Shown one piece after another: positions 30,758 to 42,150 of a stretch of 64,000 nucleotides of DNA. Below the pieces are notes generated by a model. It was given only the letters and a program-made list of their open reading frames with translations. It was not told the DNA's origin and did not search any database. Source of the stretch: a virus (Duplodnaviria; Caudoviricetes); the IMG/VR virus record IMGVR_UViG_2894097338_000001, positions 32,001 to 96,000 of that record. One strand, given 5' to 3'. The position numbers and the translations under genes are program-made. Position 1 is the first letter of the stretch, and every line of letters begins with the position of its first letter.

Positions 30758-33700
30758 TTATTTATCTTTCTTTTTTGCATCGAATAATTTGTTCTTACGA
30801 ATAGATTTAAGTCGTTTAACCCAGTATTCCTTTTTGGTTTCTGATTTAACCCATTTAGATCCAACTAGCTCATTCTTAGGCTTGTTTTCTCCTTCTACAA
30901 TTTCAATTAAATCTCCTGGTTCAAAAGGAACATTATTGTAAAGCTTCGATCCGACCTTGATTTCAACCATTTTGCCATGTTTGATATTAAATACTCTGGC
31001 GGTTGTTCTCGTTTTTCTGACAATTATATCAGTAACAAAAGCATATTTTCCAGGAATGTGTTCGAATGATGTTGTAACTCGACCAGTGTAGAATAGTTCG
31101 TTCTCAAGTGTTTCTACGGCCTTATAGTCATCAATCTTTTTACTATTGAAAGCATCTAATATCATATTAAAGTTCTTGAATTTACCTGCATACGTTTTGT
31201 TTTTTGGTTTATATTTATTATTAAATAATTCATATGCAGTCATTAATTGTTTAGGATTTCCAAATTCTGAAAAGTAGTTTAATTTAATTAATGGCTCCAT
31301 ATTTCTCTTATCTAAAGATGGAAGTGGAGTACCAATGACTTCATACTTATCTGGATTGGCTTTAATATCCTTGTCTAGTGCCTTAACTTCCTCTTCTGTA
31401 TACGTTGTGTAAATTTCGTACAAACCTTTAACTTTACCATCAATTACTAAGCTTGTACCATCTTTGATACGAAGCATGAACTCAATCCAGTTTTTAAATT
31501 CTTCATCTTTTAATGAATATAAATCGTCTCCAGATCTCATATTACAGTTCTTAATAGGTGAGGTTCCTTGATAGATTGTTTTTGTTTCAGTATCCATGAA
31601 GTATTCACCTTTTGAATATCTGAATTTTGGTTTTTCTAGTTTAATATTTTTAGATTCAGCATATTCTAAAAGTTTAACCGTTTTCTCCTGATCTCCGCCC
31701 CATACAATTAAACCTGCAGTACAAAATTCAACTGGATAGTAGTATCGTAACCATGTACAGATATATCCAATATAGCTATATGCGGAGGCGTGATTAATGG
31801 AGAAGCCATAGTTTACTGAGTCTAGGAATACTTGTACAAAGCTGTCTGCAACTTCTGTAGCATGTTCTTCCGTATCTCCGTATTTTTCTACCATCGTTCT
31901 AATGAATGACGGTTTGATTTTAGGAACTTCTTCATCCATTATTTTATGATCCTTTTTCGATTGTTGTTAACCTGTAGCTTTTTATCTACAGCTCTGGAGG
32001 TTTCCCTCATTTCCATCTGACGGTCATTTCCGCCCCAGTCTAGCATACATTTCCACCCTCGTTTAACGTTAGGCTCTTTTGAGGTATCTTTTATAAAGAT
32101 ACGTGAGGAACACTCGTGGTGGCATTATATTCTCTTGCGAGGTTCAGCCACTATGCGTTACGGTATCAAACGGCTTTATCCCTTTTGATTACCTCGGTAT
32201 TAACATATTGATTATATACTTTCGTAAATTTTTGAAATTTTCTATCTAGCCAAAATATATCCTTTGAGTAATATAAATACTCATATAAAGCCAACACGTC
32301 TCTTATTCTACTAATCCTTAGACTAAGTATGTTCGAACCATACTTACTCATATCAACTAAGTTGTTGGCACTCTTGGTTAAAACATATTCGTTTTTGAGA
32401 ATTTTATCTAATGTCACTCCGAACTTCTCATCCACGCAAAATGCTGCATAACCTTGACAATTATCAACGCTCTTTACTTTTCCTGTTATAGTACCGTCTC
32501 CATCAAAATAACCTCTAATAAAGTCTGGATAGAACCTTTTAGGAATTTCTGGAAACTCCAGGTTGGCACATTGTTTACCCTTTACAACGTTATATTGTTT
32601 AAGATCATTGACAATATCAATGGATCCCAGATAGCAAACCGTATACAAGTGGCCTCGTCTTTCATAATCTTTCTTAACAGCAGTTGGACAAATTTCTGAG
32701 ATAATAAAATCAATTATCTCCTCATCCTTTTTTGCACATTCAAGACGTAACAACTTTCCAGTAACTCTTCCATCTGCTGTTAGGTATCCTAATACGTAGG
32801 CCTTATTTGAGTTGTCGATTTCTTTAAAGTAGTCGTGAACGGTATTTCTATTATAATTCCCCCTTCCCTGTCCTCTGGAGTATCCACCGTTCTTTACTGT
32901 CAACTCAATTGTTTTTTGGTTACACCTTTCCTTGAAATGTCTCTCCCAAATTTCAACAGAGTTTAGATATTCCTCGCAGTACAGGGTCTTAACCAGGTCT
33001 TTCTCTTTGGCTGTCAGAGAAAAAGCGCTTGTTCTTCCACATTTTTTAAGAAATCGTCCAATCGTCGTATCACTTCTATTTAAGATATTGGCTATATCTA
33101 CATTTGTATATTTTTCATCATTTAATTTAAGTATAGTTTCTTTCTCACCATCTGTGAGTAATGTTCTTTTCGTCATTTATACGCTCCTTAAGAGTATATA
33201 ACCAACTTAGTCTCCACCGATTTTGCTCCTTTACGACTAGATGTTTCCATTCTAGCTAGGCAAAAATTTACCGATTCCTCGTCTTATTAAGTCAGCCTGT
33301 GCTGTACTCCAGCCACAAAACTCTTCTAAGAACGCGGTCTGTTGTTCTTGATATACTAAGTATCCAAGTGTATCTTTAAAGAAATCATTAAGTGCCTCAT
33401 GACCATTGTCGTGAAACTCACCCATTAATATTGAGTCAATCGTTGATGCTCCCGACGGCCTTTGCGCAGCGTTCAATAGGCTTAACAGGTCTATCATTTT
33501 TAAATCTGGATTCTGTTTTCTAATCTTAGAAATAACCTGCGGCTGAAATAGATCTTTTACCAGTTTTCCAGCTCTAACACCTTCAAATTGAAAAATTCCA
33601 ATATTTGACTCCCTCATTGAATCCCATACTTTTTCATCCTCAAAGTCTATTATATCCGTTGAGTCTGGAGTTAATCTAGGTAGCCCAACTAAATCTGCAG

Positions 33701-35357
33701 TGATGTTGATTAATCCCATGTTATCCAGTCCAAGAACGTCAAGTTTAACGAAGTTTAAAAAGTCTACTTCTTTCATTGTTAACTCCGTCACTGGATAGTC
33801 CCATTTTGAAATTGTCATTGTCCCCATTTCAGAATCGAGATCTCTAGTTGTTACAACAACTCCAGCCGCATGTCGGCCTATTGACGTCATAACACCAACT
33901 ACTTTGAACGCTGTATCGAACAATTCTTTATGCGCTTCGTATAGATCGAAAGGATAATCGCCGTCATCATCTATTTTCTTGGTTATTTCGTTTGTTACAT
34001 CGGCGTTATAGCCCATTGATCTACCGATATCCTTGATTGCGCCTTTCAGTCCAACTGTATTCTTAGTTACAATACTTGCGCATGTTAGGTCTGGATGCTC
34101 TAATAAGAACTTCTGAACCCTATCTCGGTCTGGCTTATAGTAGTCAGAGTCTATGTCTGCTAGAGAGATACGCTCTGGATTCATGAACCTCTCAAAGTTT
34201 AGTCCGTGTTCTATAGAGTCCATTTCTGTTAATCCTATCAGATATGCTATCAAGCTACCAGATACAGATCCACGTCCATATCCAGAGTAGATCTTCTCTG
34301 GCTCCGTAAAGTCTTTCACTGTTCTCTCTAGCAGCATATAGTTAACAGAGCCTGTCTTTTTATATGTTGCATATTCGTGTTTAATTCTTTTAGCATATTG
34401 CTTCTGAGTCTCTTTTGGAAGTCTCGCAATATTTCTTGTTTTTAATCCTTTTTTGATTCTTTTTTGAAACTCTTCTTCTGGGTTATCGTAAAGCTGAGGA
34501 TACTTAATCGATCTCTCAAACTCAAATTCCTCTATAGAGTCAACTATAACCATCGTGTTATCTAAGGCTGTCTCAACTTGCTCTCTTGTTAATACGCCTT
34601 GAGTTTCGAATGATTCGATCATTGCGTCTCTTGACTTAGCTGTTAAGTCTAATTCATCCTCTCCAGCAAATTCAATTTTTTTGGCCTTTTTCATAATCTG
34701 TCTTAAATTGTCGTGCTCTTCATTAAGTGCATGAACATCATTAGTTGCTACCAGATTCATTCCATGTTTTTCGGCCATTCTCAATAGGATTTTATTATAT
34801 TGAACCTGTTCTGGATCTGTATGAGGTTGAACCTCTAAATAAACTCTATGTTTATTCTCTGCGAAAAAGTTCATCCATCTACTAAATGCTTCTTTGTTTT
34901 TGTTTTTTGCGTGCTGCCATAATGGATTCCCCAAACATGCGGTAAGGATAATAATGTTATCACTTGTGTTTTTAATCTCTTCAAAAGAGTTACGAGGATT
35001 GAAATAATAGTGTCCGTCTTCTCTATTATGTGCGATAGATGAAAGTCTATTAATCTCTTTAACCCCTTCTTCATTTTTTGCAATCATCGTTAAATGATAA
35101 TTATCCCTAACCTTTTCGTCCAATGACTCTGTTACATATGCCTCTATTGCGTGAATGTATTTAAGTCCAGCTTTTTCAACCATTTGCTTCTTCTGAACCC
35201 AGTTTAATATCGTACCGTGTTCAGTGAAAGCTACGGCTGGTGCTCCCTGCTCTTGCGCCAATTTAATATAATCCTCTGGTTTACTCACACACTCGAACAT
35301 ATTACTATTGCTGCGATCAGAATGCATATGTAAATGTACAAATTGTTTGTTACACAT
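30758..35357 (-). CDS. dnaE: DNA polymerase III alpha (DnaE, YorL-like); exon 1 35357-33270, exon 2 31957-30758
   Basis: PHP domain HLHMHS, GRGSVSGS, DIDSD and KLDVLGL. The spliced junction gives LIRRGIG|KKDHK. Exon 2 contains YGFSINHASAY. Confidence 0.92.
31958..33269 (-). ncRNA. Group I intron in dnaE
   Basis: 5' exon ends in U with a P1 stem GGUAA/UUGCC carrying the U-G pair; intron ends in G. P3 (AGGAGCA/UGUUCCU), P4 (UCGGU/ACCGA) and P7 (GCAUA/UAUGC) pairings are visible, and splicing restores the frame. Confidence 0.9.
32166..33176 (-). CDS. Intron-encoded LAGLIDADG homing endonuclease with N-terminal HTH
   Basis: AYVLGYLTADG and FIRGYFDGDG motifs. Confidence 0.9.
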   Translation of the reverse strand: MTKRTLLTDGEKETILKLNDEKYTNVDIANILNRSDTTIGRFLKKCGRTSAFSLTAKEKDLVKTLYCEEYLNSVEIWERHFKERCNQKTIELTVKNGGYSRGQGRGNYNRNTVHDYFKEIDNSNKAYVLGYLTADGRVTGKLLRLECAKKDEEIIDFIISEICPTAVKKDYERRGHLYTVCYLGSIDIVNDLKQYNVVKGKQCANLEFPEIPKRFYPDFIRGYFDGDGTITGKVKSVDNCQGYAAFCVDEKFGVTLDKILKNEYVLTKSANNLVDMSKYGSNILSLRISRIRDVLALYEYLYYSKDIFWLDRKFQKFTKVYNQYVNTEVIKRDKAV

Positions 35358-35421
35358 CTATTTACTTCCTCCCTATTCCGATAATCTCCAGTTGCCTGGA
35401 GTTGTAAAAAACTTATGCTAT

Positions 35422-36576
35422 TTAAGCAAATAACTCATCAATATCATCTTCCGTCATATCAACTGAGCTATTGTGTAACCTTTGTTGCTCCTGGTACCCT
35501 TTATGAAGATGAAGTAATCCAGAAAGTTGTTCATAGTAAAATTTGTTACTAAAATCAATCACAGGCTCTGGAAATGCTGCCTCTAAATCGTCTGACGCTT
35601 CTAGTTCCAGGCACTCTTGACATTTTTCAGATAGCAATTTGTCCAAAGCATCAGCATCTTCTTGAGTGACTGGTACATCAATATAACAATTCTCTACTCT
35701 GAAACGATCTTTAACCGATTGAGGTAAGCAATCCAGAGATTCCTCTTCTACTGCTTGATCAACCAGGTCATCAATCTCTACTAAATCAAGGTCTGGACAA
35801 GTCCATTGAATTGCCTTTCTGATATTATTAGCAGACTTAGAAACCCATTCCGTTCTTAGTTTTCTAGAAGGTTTAAATTTACCTTCTTCTTTGATCTCAC
35901 CTTTTGAGTTCGTTTTATCTTTCATCTTGAAGTAGACATTAACATATTTCATCATATCAAAACGAAGATTCATTTCCTCAAACGGAATATTAAATCTCTG
36001 ACTAACTGCCATAGAATACAACAGTAACTGTCTTGATTTTTCCTTTAATGATTTTCCAGTAAATCCAGTATCTGTCGATGACTTATAATCTACAAGGTGA
36101 GTGATACCTTTATCATCTTTATAGATTGAATCGACATACCCAACAAATACAAGCGGCTCGCCAGTCTTAGCAAGTTTTGTTTTATAAATTACTGGAAGCT
36201 CATTACGAATTTTAAAGTTTGGAATTTCAGTATTCTGGAAGTAGTGCTCTAAAGATGAGATATATGTTGCCTCAGCCTTTTGGCTTGTAAACTTCATGCC
36301 TCTGTCATTTAATCTCCACTCTTCAACCTTATCATTAAATACGTCGATCATTTTTTCGTACGGATAATCCCCGTCGATATGATCCTGGATGGTATCATGT
36401 CCGATGGTTCCAAATAATGTATAGATATTCCCGTCGTTGTAATTTCCCTCTAGGTACTTCATTCTATACTCCCAGGCGTGATCGACGTAGCACGAGAAGC
36501 GTGACCAACTCCATATTCTATCTACTCCATACTTCTCTTTAAGTGCATTTGTTTGTTCTCTTGTTAATCTAGCCAT
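35422..36576 (-). CDS. PD-(D/E)XK exonuclease (RecB/Cas4-like)
   Basis: WSWSR, FGTIGHD, GYVD...LVDYKS and QLLLY. Confidence 0.8.
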   Translation of the reverse strand: MARLTREQTNALKEKYGVDRIWSWSRFSCYVDHAWEYRMKYLEGNYNDGNIYTLFGTIGHDTIQDHIDGDYPYEKMIDVFNDKVEEWRLNDRGMKFTSQKAEATYISSLEHYFQNTEIPNFKIRNELPVIYKTKLAKTGEPLVFVGYVDSIYKDDKGITHLVDYKSSTDTGFTGKSLKEKSRQLLLYSMAVSQRFNIPFEEMNLRFDMMKYVNVYFKMKDKTNSKGEIKEEGKFKPSRKLRTEWVSKSANNIRKAIQWTCPDLDLVEIDDLVDQAVEEESLDCLPQSVKDRFRVENCYIDVPVTQEDADALDKLLSEKCQECLELEASDDLEAAFPEPVIDFSNKFYYEQLSGLLHLHKGYQEQQRLHNSSVDMTEDDIDELFA

Positions 36577-36604
36577 TCACTATCTCTCTCCTTTATTTAA
36601 TACT

Positions 36605-36662
36605 AAAAGGGATGTACGGCAGCGAAAGTCTAATTCAACTACCACCATCATACATCCCTTTT
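36605..36662 (-). terminator. Long hairpin (terminator or attenuator) within the replication operon
   Basis: aaaagggatgta...tacatccctttt inverted repeat just downstream of the 19-bp element at 36668. Confidence 0.55.
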
Positions 36663-36685
36663 ATATAGTTGTCAATACTTATGGT

Positions 36686-37207
36686 TTATTTTAAATTTAA
36701 TAATTTACTATAAACCTCACCGACAAGCTCTGGAATACCTTTGTTATTATTGATTACAATATCTGCTCTTACATCATCCACAGATAATTCAGTTTCATGA
36801 TCGAAAGCTTTTAGGTCAAACTTTTCGACCGCTTCGATTCTTCTAATTCTAGTTTCTGCATCAGCTACAACTTTTACGATTGTATAGCCAGCTTCTCTAA
36901 GCGCTAACTCTTCATTTCTCTGACGAACGTCGCTTATTACGATTAACGATGGATTGTGAGACTCAATTCTCTTAAGCATCTTTTTAATCCATACATGAGA
37001 ATCAATTTCTCTCATATCCTGGCCAATCTTTTGGTATAACGCTCTCTTTGAAAGGCCATGCTCGCCATCTGAAAATAATAGCTCTACAGTATCACCAATT
37101 CCAGCACCTAGCTTATATTCAGAATATCCGTAATCTGATAAAATCTCTGCTACAGTGTCTTTTCCACTTCTCATTTTTCCAACAAGTGCAATTTTCTTAA
37201 TACTCAT
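36686..37207 (-). CDS. dNMP kinase
   Basis: GKMRSGKDT, ISDVRQRNE and HETE. Confidence 0.8.
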   Translation of the reverse strand: MSIKKIALVGKMRSGKDTVAEILSDYGYSEYKLGAGIGDTVELLFSDGEHGLSKRALYQKIGQDMREIDSHVWIKKMLKRIESHNPSLIVISDVRQRNEELALREAGYTIVKVVADAETRIRRIEAVEKFDLKAFDHETELSVDDVRADIVINNNKGIPELVGEVYSKLLNLK

Positions 37208-37216
37208 TTTTCTCTC

Positions 37217-38293
37217 CTAACTAACCTTTACTCTCCATTTCAAGAGGTAGTTCCATCTTTTAACTCCTCTGTCTATTGGCGAATCTTTATCTTCTAATAT
37301 TTTAAATTTATCATAGATATAACTTGTTCTTCTAAACCCAGATACCTTTTTGCAAACTGATTCCAAATACTCCTTGCCATCGATTTTCTCGTCTCCAACC
37401 ATGATATCCTTGTCAAATGCGAAAACTATCTCTGTATCTGATGGTGTATTTTGTATAATAAATCTAAGCTGAGACTCGGAAAGTTCGTCATGTCCACCAG
37501 TCGCAACAGAAAAGCCTTTTCCTTTTTCTATAGTAAACTGCTTAAGAACTGACTTCTCACTCTCGAATATAATCAGCATTTTGCTATCAATTACATTTTT
37601 ATAAGCCTTATCAAAGCCATATAGATTACCAGTCTTCTTATATCCTTTAATATAGTTCCAATACTTTGGAACATCAAACTCTCTAGCAAGCTCTGAACTC
37701 ATAGTTGTTCTACCTTTGATTCCAACAACTTTATCGTGCTCCAGCCAGTCATAGTGAGGGAATATAATCCTGCTCTTAACTGGATCAAACATGATATCAA
37801 ACTGCTTTAAAACAGATGGCGATATCGCCTCTTCAAGCATCGATACATGATTTCTTTTTATAAATCTGTTGAGTACATCTTTGTCATGCTTCTCGTTTTC
37901 TGTATCAGCTCTTCTTTTTTCGCGAGCTTTTAGATTCCTAATATCAGCTAGAATGTCCACCTTTTGAACCTGCTTTTTGTAACTATTACTTAGATTAAAA
38001 AGCCTGTGTATCTCGCCCATAATCTCACCAAAGCCAGAATCGTTGTATTCTTGAATTAGCCCCAGTATATCTCCGTGATAGTTAACCATACTGTCATAGC
38101 TTGAAGCAAAAAGATCATCCTCGTCTAGCCTAATTGATATAGCTGTACTATTAGTTCCAGTCGGTGAAGCACATCTGATTTCTTCTCCAGCTCTCCAGAA
38201 ATCGTGAAATTCAAAATGTTCCAATACCTTAATGATTCTATCTTCGTCCTCTTTAAGATATTGCTTAAGCTCTTTTGATTTCATTCTGCTCAC
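37217..38293 (-). CDS. DNA primase (SPbeta YorJ-like)
   Basis: RIIFP, GIKGR, LYG and the TOPRIM-like IIFESEKSV...FAFDKD. Confidence 0.8.
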   Translation of the reverse strand: MSRMKSKELKQYLKEDEDRIIKVLEHFEFHDFWRAGEEIRCASPTGTNSTAISIRLDEDDLFASSYDSMVNYHGDILGLIQEYNDSGFGEIMGEIHRLFNLSNSYKKQVQKVDILADIRNLKAREKRRADTENEKHDKDVLNRFIKRNHVSMLEEAISPSVLKQFDIMFDPVKSRIIFPHYDWLEHDKVVGIKGRTTMSSELAREFDVPKYWNYIKGYKKTGNLYGFDKAYKNVIDSKMLIIFESEKSVLKQFTIEKGKGFSVATGGHDELSESQLRFIIQNTPSDTEIVFAFDKDIMVGDEKIDGKEYLESVCKKVSGFRRTSYIYDKFKILEDKDSPIDRGVKRWNYLLKWRVKVS

Positions 38294-38298
38294 CCTCT

Positions 38299-39735
38299 CT
38301 AATAATCTTGAGCTACTTTAGTAAATCCAATATCTTTCATTGTGTTGCGACCTTTATCTACTTTAAAGACGAGCTGATTTTCAGTTGATCCACGTCTATT
38401 CTTATCGATGAATGCAATCATGTACTCTGCCTCTTTTTTCAGTAATGGCTTAGCCTCTCTATCTCGCTTCTTCTTGATTAGAAGGCCATCATTTCCTTTT
38501 TCGCTCTCTAAAACATTTCTAATTAATATAAGAGTTGAAACAACATCCGCTACGTTTTTACTCATACCAAGTGATGTTTGATCCAAGAACCTTGTTCGCT
38601 GAGTCTTTGTTAACTGATAAGTAACCCAAACATGACAATTATGAGCTGATGGTTTAACGACGTTGTATAGTTTAACCATATTTTGCTGTAATTGAAGCCA
38701 TGAATTATCTCCTAATGATGATCCAAGATCATTATCTAATTTCAAAGTATCAATGATGAAGTATCTTACATTTTCTTGAATAATATATCTTCTCATTAAT
38801 CTAATCGATTTATCCATGCTAAATGTATTGAAGTTAACGAATTGAATTAATCCATCTTCTAGTTTTTCTTCCATCCACTCTACGGCCGCATCTAACGACT
38901 TGTGCTCGTCAGCTGAGAAATCTCCTTGATGAAATCTGGATTTTATAAAGTCGCCTTCTTGGATATTGTTGATGTGCCACGTTAACATATCTTGCTGCCA
39001 TTTACCCAGGTCTTCCTCATTACACATGACAAGTAGTTTTTCTTCATTCTCAATCATCGCAGTTAATGCTTGGTTGAGCGAAAAATTCGTCTTGCCAGAT
39101 CCGCTTGCTCCAGCTACCATTGTAATATTACCTAAAGCCATTCCATTGACTGTGGCGTTTAGCATTCTAGAATATACAGGTAGTCCGCGAGTTAAACCTT
39201 CGTCAGCCTTCTTAATCATTCCTCTGATATCATGCTTGAAATCTAATACTTTCTCTTCCGTTGTTCCCTCTGCGAAGATTTTTCCAATCTTATCTTCTAC
39301 AGTTGCAGCAAGCTCTTCATAAGATAATTTGTTATATGCAGCCCATTCACTTTGAATGTCATAGCCGTACATATTCAACTTGCGTAAAGCTTCGTATCTC
39401 ATTACCTCTTTATAGTAGACATCAATATTGTTTGCTTCTATTAAATTCATGCTTTCTGCGATTGTTGACCATCCACCAGCTCGCTCAAATAGTTTTTGCA
39501 GCTTATCACTTTGCTGTCCCATATACACTTCCACATTCACTGAGTCGATCACTTGATAGTTCTTCTTCTCAATCATTTGTTCCAGGATCATATAATATAA
39601 TCTTGTATTCCCATCTGTAATGAATGATTTATCTAATTTATATTCAAGAAATAAATTAACGTCGCTATACAAGCTAAAAACATATTGTGTATCGGCAACT
39701 TTTTTATGGTGTAATAACTCCTCAGTAAAACTCAT
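38299..39735 (-). CDS. Replicative DnaB-like helicase (YorI-like)
   Basis: GASGSGKT, FIIDTLK, YQL and DKNRRG. Confidence 0.88.
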   Translation of the reverse strand: MSFTEELLHHKKVADTQYVFSLYSDVNLFLEYKLDKSFITDGNTRLYYMILEQMIEKKNYQVIDSVNVEVYMGQQSDKLQKLFERAGGWSTIAESMNLIEANNIDVYYKEVMRYEALRKLNMYGYDIQSEWAAYNKLSYEELAATVEDKIGKIFAEGTTEEKVLDFKHDIRGMIKKADEGLTRGLPVYSRMLNATVNGMALGNITMVAGASGSGKTNFSLNQALTAMIENEEKLLVMCNEEDLGKWQQDMLTWHINNIQEGDFIKSRFHQGDFSADEHKSLDAAVEWMEEKLEDGLIQFVNFNTFSMDKSIRLMRRYIIQENVRYFIIDTLKLDNDLGSSLGDNSWLQLQQNMVKLYNVVKPSAHNCHVWVTYQLTKTQRTRFLDQTSLGMSKNVADVVSTLILIRNVLESEKGNDGLLIKKKRDREAKPLLKKEAEYMIAFIDKNRRGSTENQLVFKVDKGRNTMKDIGFTKVAQDY

Positions 39736-39747
39736 CTATAAATCCCC

Positions 39748-40847
39748 TTATACCTTATTTTCTCCCTCTAATGCTGATCTTGTGACTAGTGAATATAACA
39801 ATTCAACACTGTCAAATTCATTGCTTTCAGATACTTCTAACATTACTGACGCAAACTTTAAATATGTCTCATCAGTTATCTTCCATCTTTTCACTTCATC
39901 TACGATTCTCATTGTTTCAGATAAAGTTATTTGCAAAACGTCACTCCACGAAAATCTATAGTCAACAGCGTTAAATAGCTTTGCATACATTTCATCAATT
40001 GATTTTTTATCAAAGTCCACAACACTGCATCGAATAGTGTGATCGTTCTTTCTTAAAAATGCCTGGATAGTCTTTTGTAAATTCATTTTAAATCCTCCTA
40101 GTTAAACATGCTTTCTAGCTCATCAATCTCTTGTTTCTCTCTCTCAAGATCCTCGTCTATCTTACTCTTAACAACTTTTACGCGACCTTTGTCTACCTTG
40201 TTTTTAAATGGTTTATATTCAACTTCCATAATTTCATCTGGAATAGATTCTAATTTCTTCTCTGTTTCCTTTTTCTTCTCAACTCGCTCTGCTATAAAGT
40301 TGATGTTATTGGCAATGATAGTCATAACGTAATTGACTTGATGATCTCCATTTTTCCACTCGCTATTCTTTCCTAAAGCCTGTCTAATACTTGGAGTACA
40401 GTACAGTATCGTAAGTCTAATTTCTTCATACGTGTATCCGCGTTTGATATTTTTAACATTCTCCCCTTTAGGATAATACTTACCAATTCTCAAACCTCTC
40501 AGCCTTAATACAGCATGTTTGCTTAAAGGCCTACCCTCTTTGATTCCCATAACTGTTCTAAACGCTGCATAACACTTACCCCATTCGGAGTTCTCTGCCA
40601 GAGTTTCCTCTTCATATTCAATCGTATCCATGTACTTTGTAGCACATCCGATGTGAACATTTCTTGCGACGTCGATAACCTCACCAGTTCCCTTATTTAA
40701 GGGGACTTGAACTGATGCCAAGTCTCTTTTTAACGTGATATCTTTGCCGCAAAAATAGCAGAGGACTGCCGTTTCTGATTCAACAATTGCGCCTTTCATC
40801 TTATTCTTAGGCTGTTTCTTCTTCTTGGTTTTTTTCTCCTCTGCCAT
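39748..40847 (-). CDS. Two hypothetical replication-region genes (39748-40086; 40098-40847 with CxxC/HxxC, possible helicase loader/initiator)
   Basis: Position upstream of the helicase; CYFC...HIGC. Confidence 0.5.
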
Positions 40848-40859
40848 CTAATTAGCTCC

Positions 40860-42092
40860 TTATAATTTAATTTTTCTAATCTCGAAATCTTCTTCGTCAA
40901 CAAGAATTACACCTTGAGATCTAGAAGAAGACGTATTAATCGTTTTTAAACTGTACTCATCGCTACCTTTAATTGATCCAAACGTTGTAACGAACTTATT
41001 CAATCCAACTTCCTTCATAGTAAAATGGTGGATGTGGCCTGCTGCTAATACATCAAAGTCGATTCCGTAAAGCATAGATTGCTCAGCCAGAACGCTTTGT
41101 TTTTTGATCGGTGTTAAATCTCCGTGAACGAATAAGAAGTTTCGACCATAGCTACTTCCTACATAGTGATATGGTTCAGTTGCCTCAAATTTAATCTTCG
41201 TATCGGAATACTTAACAAATGTCTCAATGATTCTATTGATAACATTTACTGCCCCATCTGAATAAATGGTGTCATTCTTAGAACTCATGCGATCATGGTT
41301 TCCATTAAATCCTGTATATGTTACTTTTACGTACTGTGATAACTTTTGTAAAAATGCAATTATTAACTCTGCTGCATCAGCTATTTGTTCTGATAATGTC
41401 TTATCGACAGAATAGCCTTGTCCATGACGCATATATGCTGATTCGATAGCGTCACCCATATTTACAACGTGAATCTCTTCTACATTTTCTTTTGTGGCAA
41501 CATCGATCAATTCATCTGCATACTTCATTAATAACTCTTCGGCAATGTCGATATTGTAAGTAAAACCTTCCACATCAACAATTGCTCCATAATGGAAATC
41601 CGAAAGACCAGCATACATTTTTCTAACTTTTAAACGTCTGTCAACAACTGGCGTAAATCTAACACTAGCAAAGTCTTTTTCGCTTAGAGCACTCTCAAGA
41701 GATTCTATCAAAACAATCTCCTTGCTTAACTCTCTTTTAAGTCTGCTAAGTCTTAGGAACTCTTGCCTAGCATCAAGCTTGTTGTGTTGAATCATTCCAA
41801 TTTCATTCTTAATTGACTCAAGTTTTCCTTCTGCAACCATGTCTGCATATTTTTCTACTTGTGGCAGCACACCGCGAGCTTTTCGCTCTGCTTTAATCAT
41901 TTGACGATAAGCCTCGCTATTTTCGGAATCATCAAAACCTTCCTCGATCATCATTCTTCTGTGTGCAGCCCATGATACACGACGACTTGGACTCGCCTTT
42001 TGCAACTCTTCTACAAGCTCCAACGACGCATCCAAGTGCGATTCGCTTACCTTTATTTTTTCTCCACTTTTATTGGTGTAGCTTCTTCCCAA
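40860..42092 (-). CDS. Calcineurin-like metallophosphoesterase
   Basis: SDFHYG, MGD, GNHDR, VHGD and GHIHH. Confidence 0.85.
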   Translation of the reverse strand: MGRSYTNKSGEKIKVSESHLDASLELVEELQKASPSRRVSWAAHRRMMIEEGFDDSENSEAYRQMIKAERKARGVLPQVEKYADMVAEGKLESIKNEIGMIQHNKLDARQEFLRLSRLKRELSKEIVLIESLESALSEKDFASVRFTPVVDRRLKVRKMYAGLSDFHYGAIVDVEGFTYNIDIAEELLMKYADELIDVATKENVEEIHVVNMGDAIESAYMRHGQGYSVDKTLSEQIADAAELIIAFLQKLSQYVKVTYTGFNGNHDRMSSKNDTIYSDGAVNVINRIIETFVKYSDTKIKFEATEPYHYVGSSYGRNFLFVHGDLTPIKKQSVLAEQSMLYGIDFDVLAAGHIHHFTMKEVGLNKFVTTFGSIKGSDEYSLKTINTSSSRSQGVILVDEEDFEIRKIKL

Positions 42093-42150
42093 TTAATATC
42101 AGCTCCTACTATCAATATTTTTGAGAAGAATCCCTATTTACTATTTCTCC

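Noticed and set aside
30758-35357. Split dnaE as a pseudogene, split intein or two-subunit polymerase
   Set aside because: A group I intron with canonical U and G boundaries restores one continuous frame.
35422-36576. Cas4-like nuclease as evidence of CRISPR
   Set aside because: It is a stand-alone PD-(D/E)XK nuclease in the phage replication operon.
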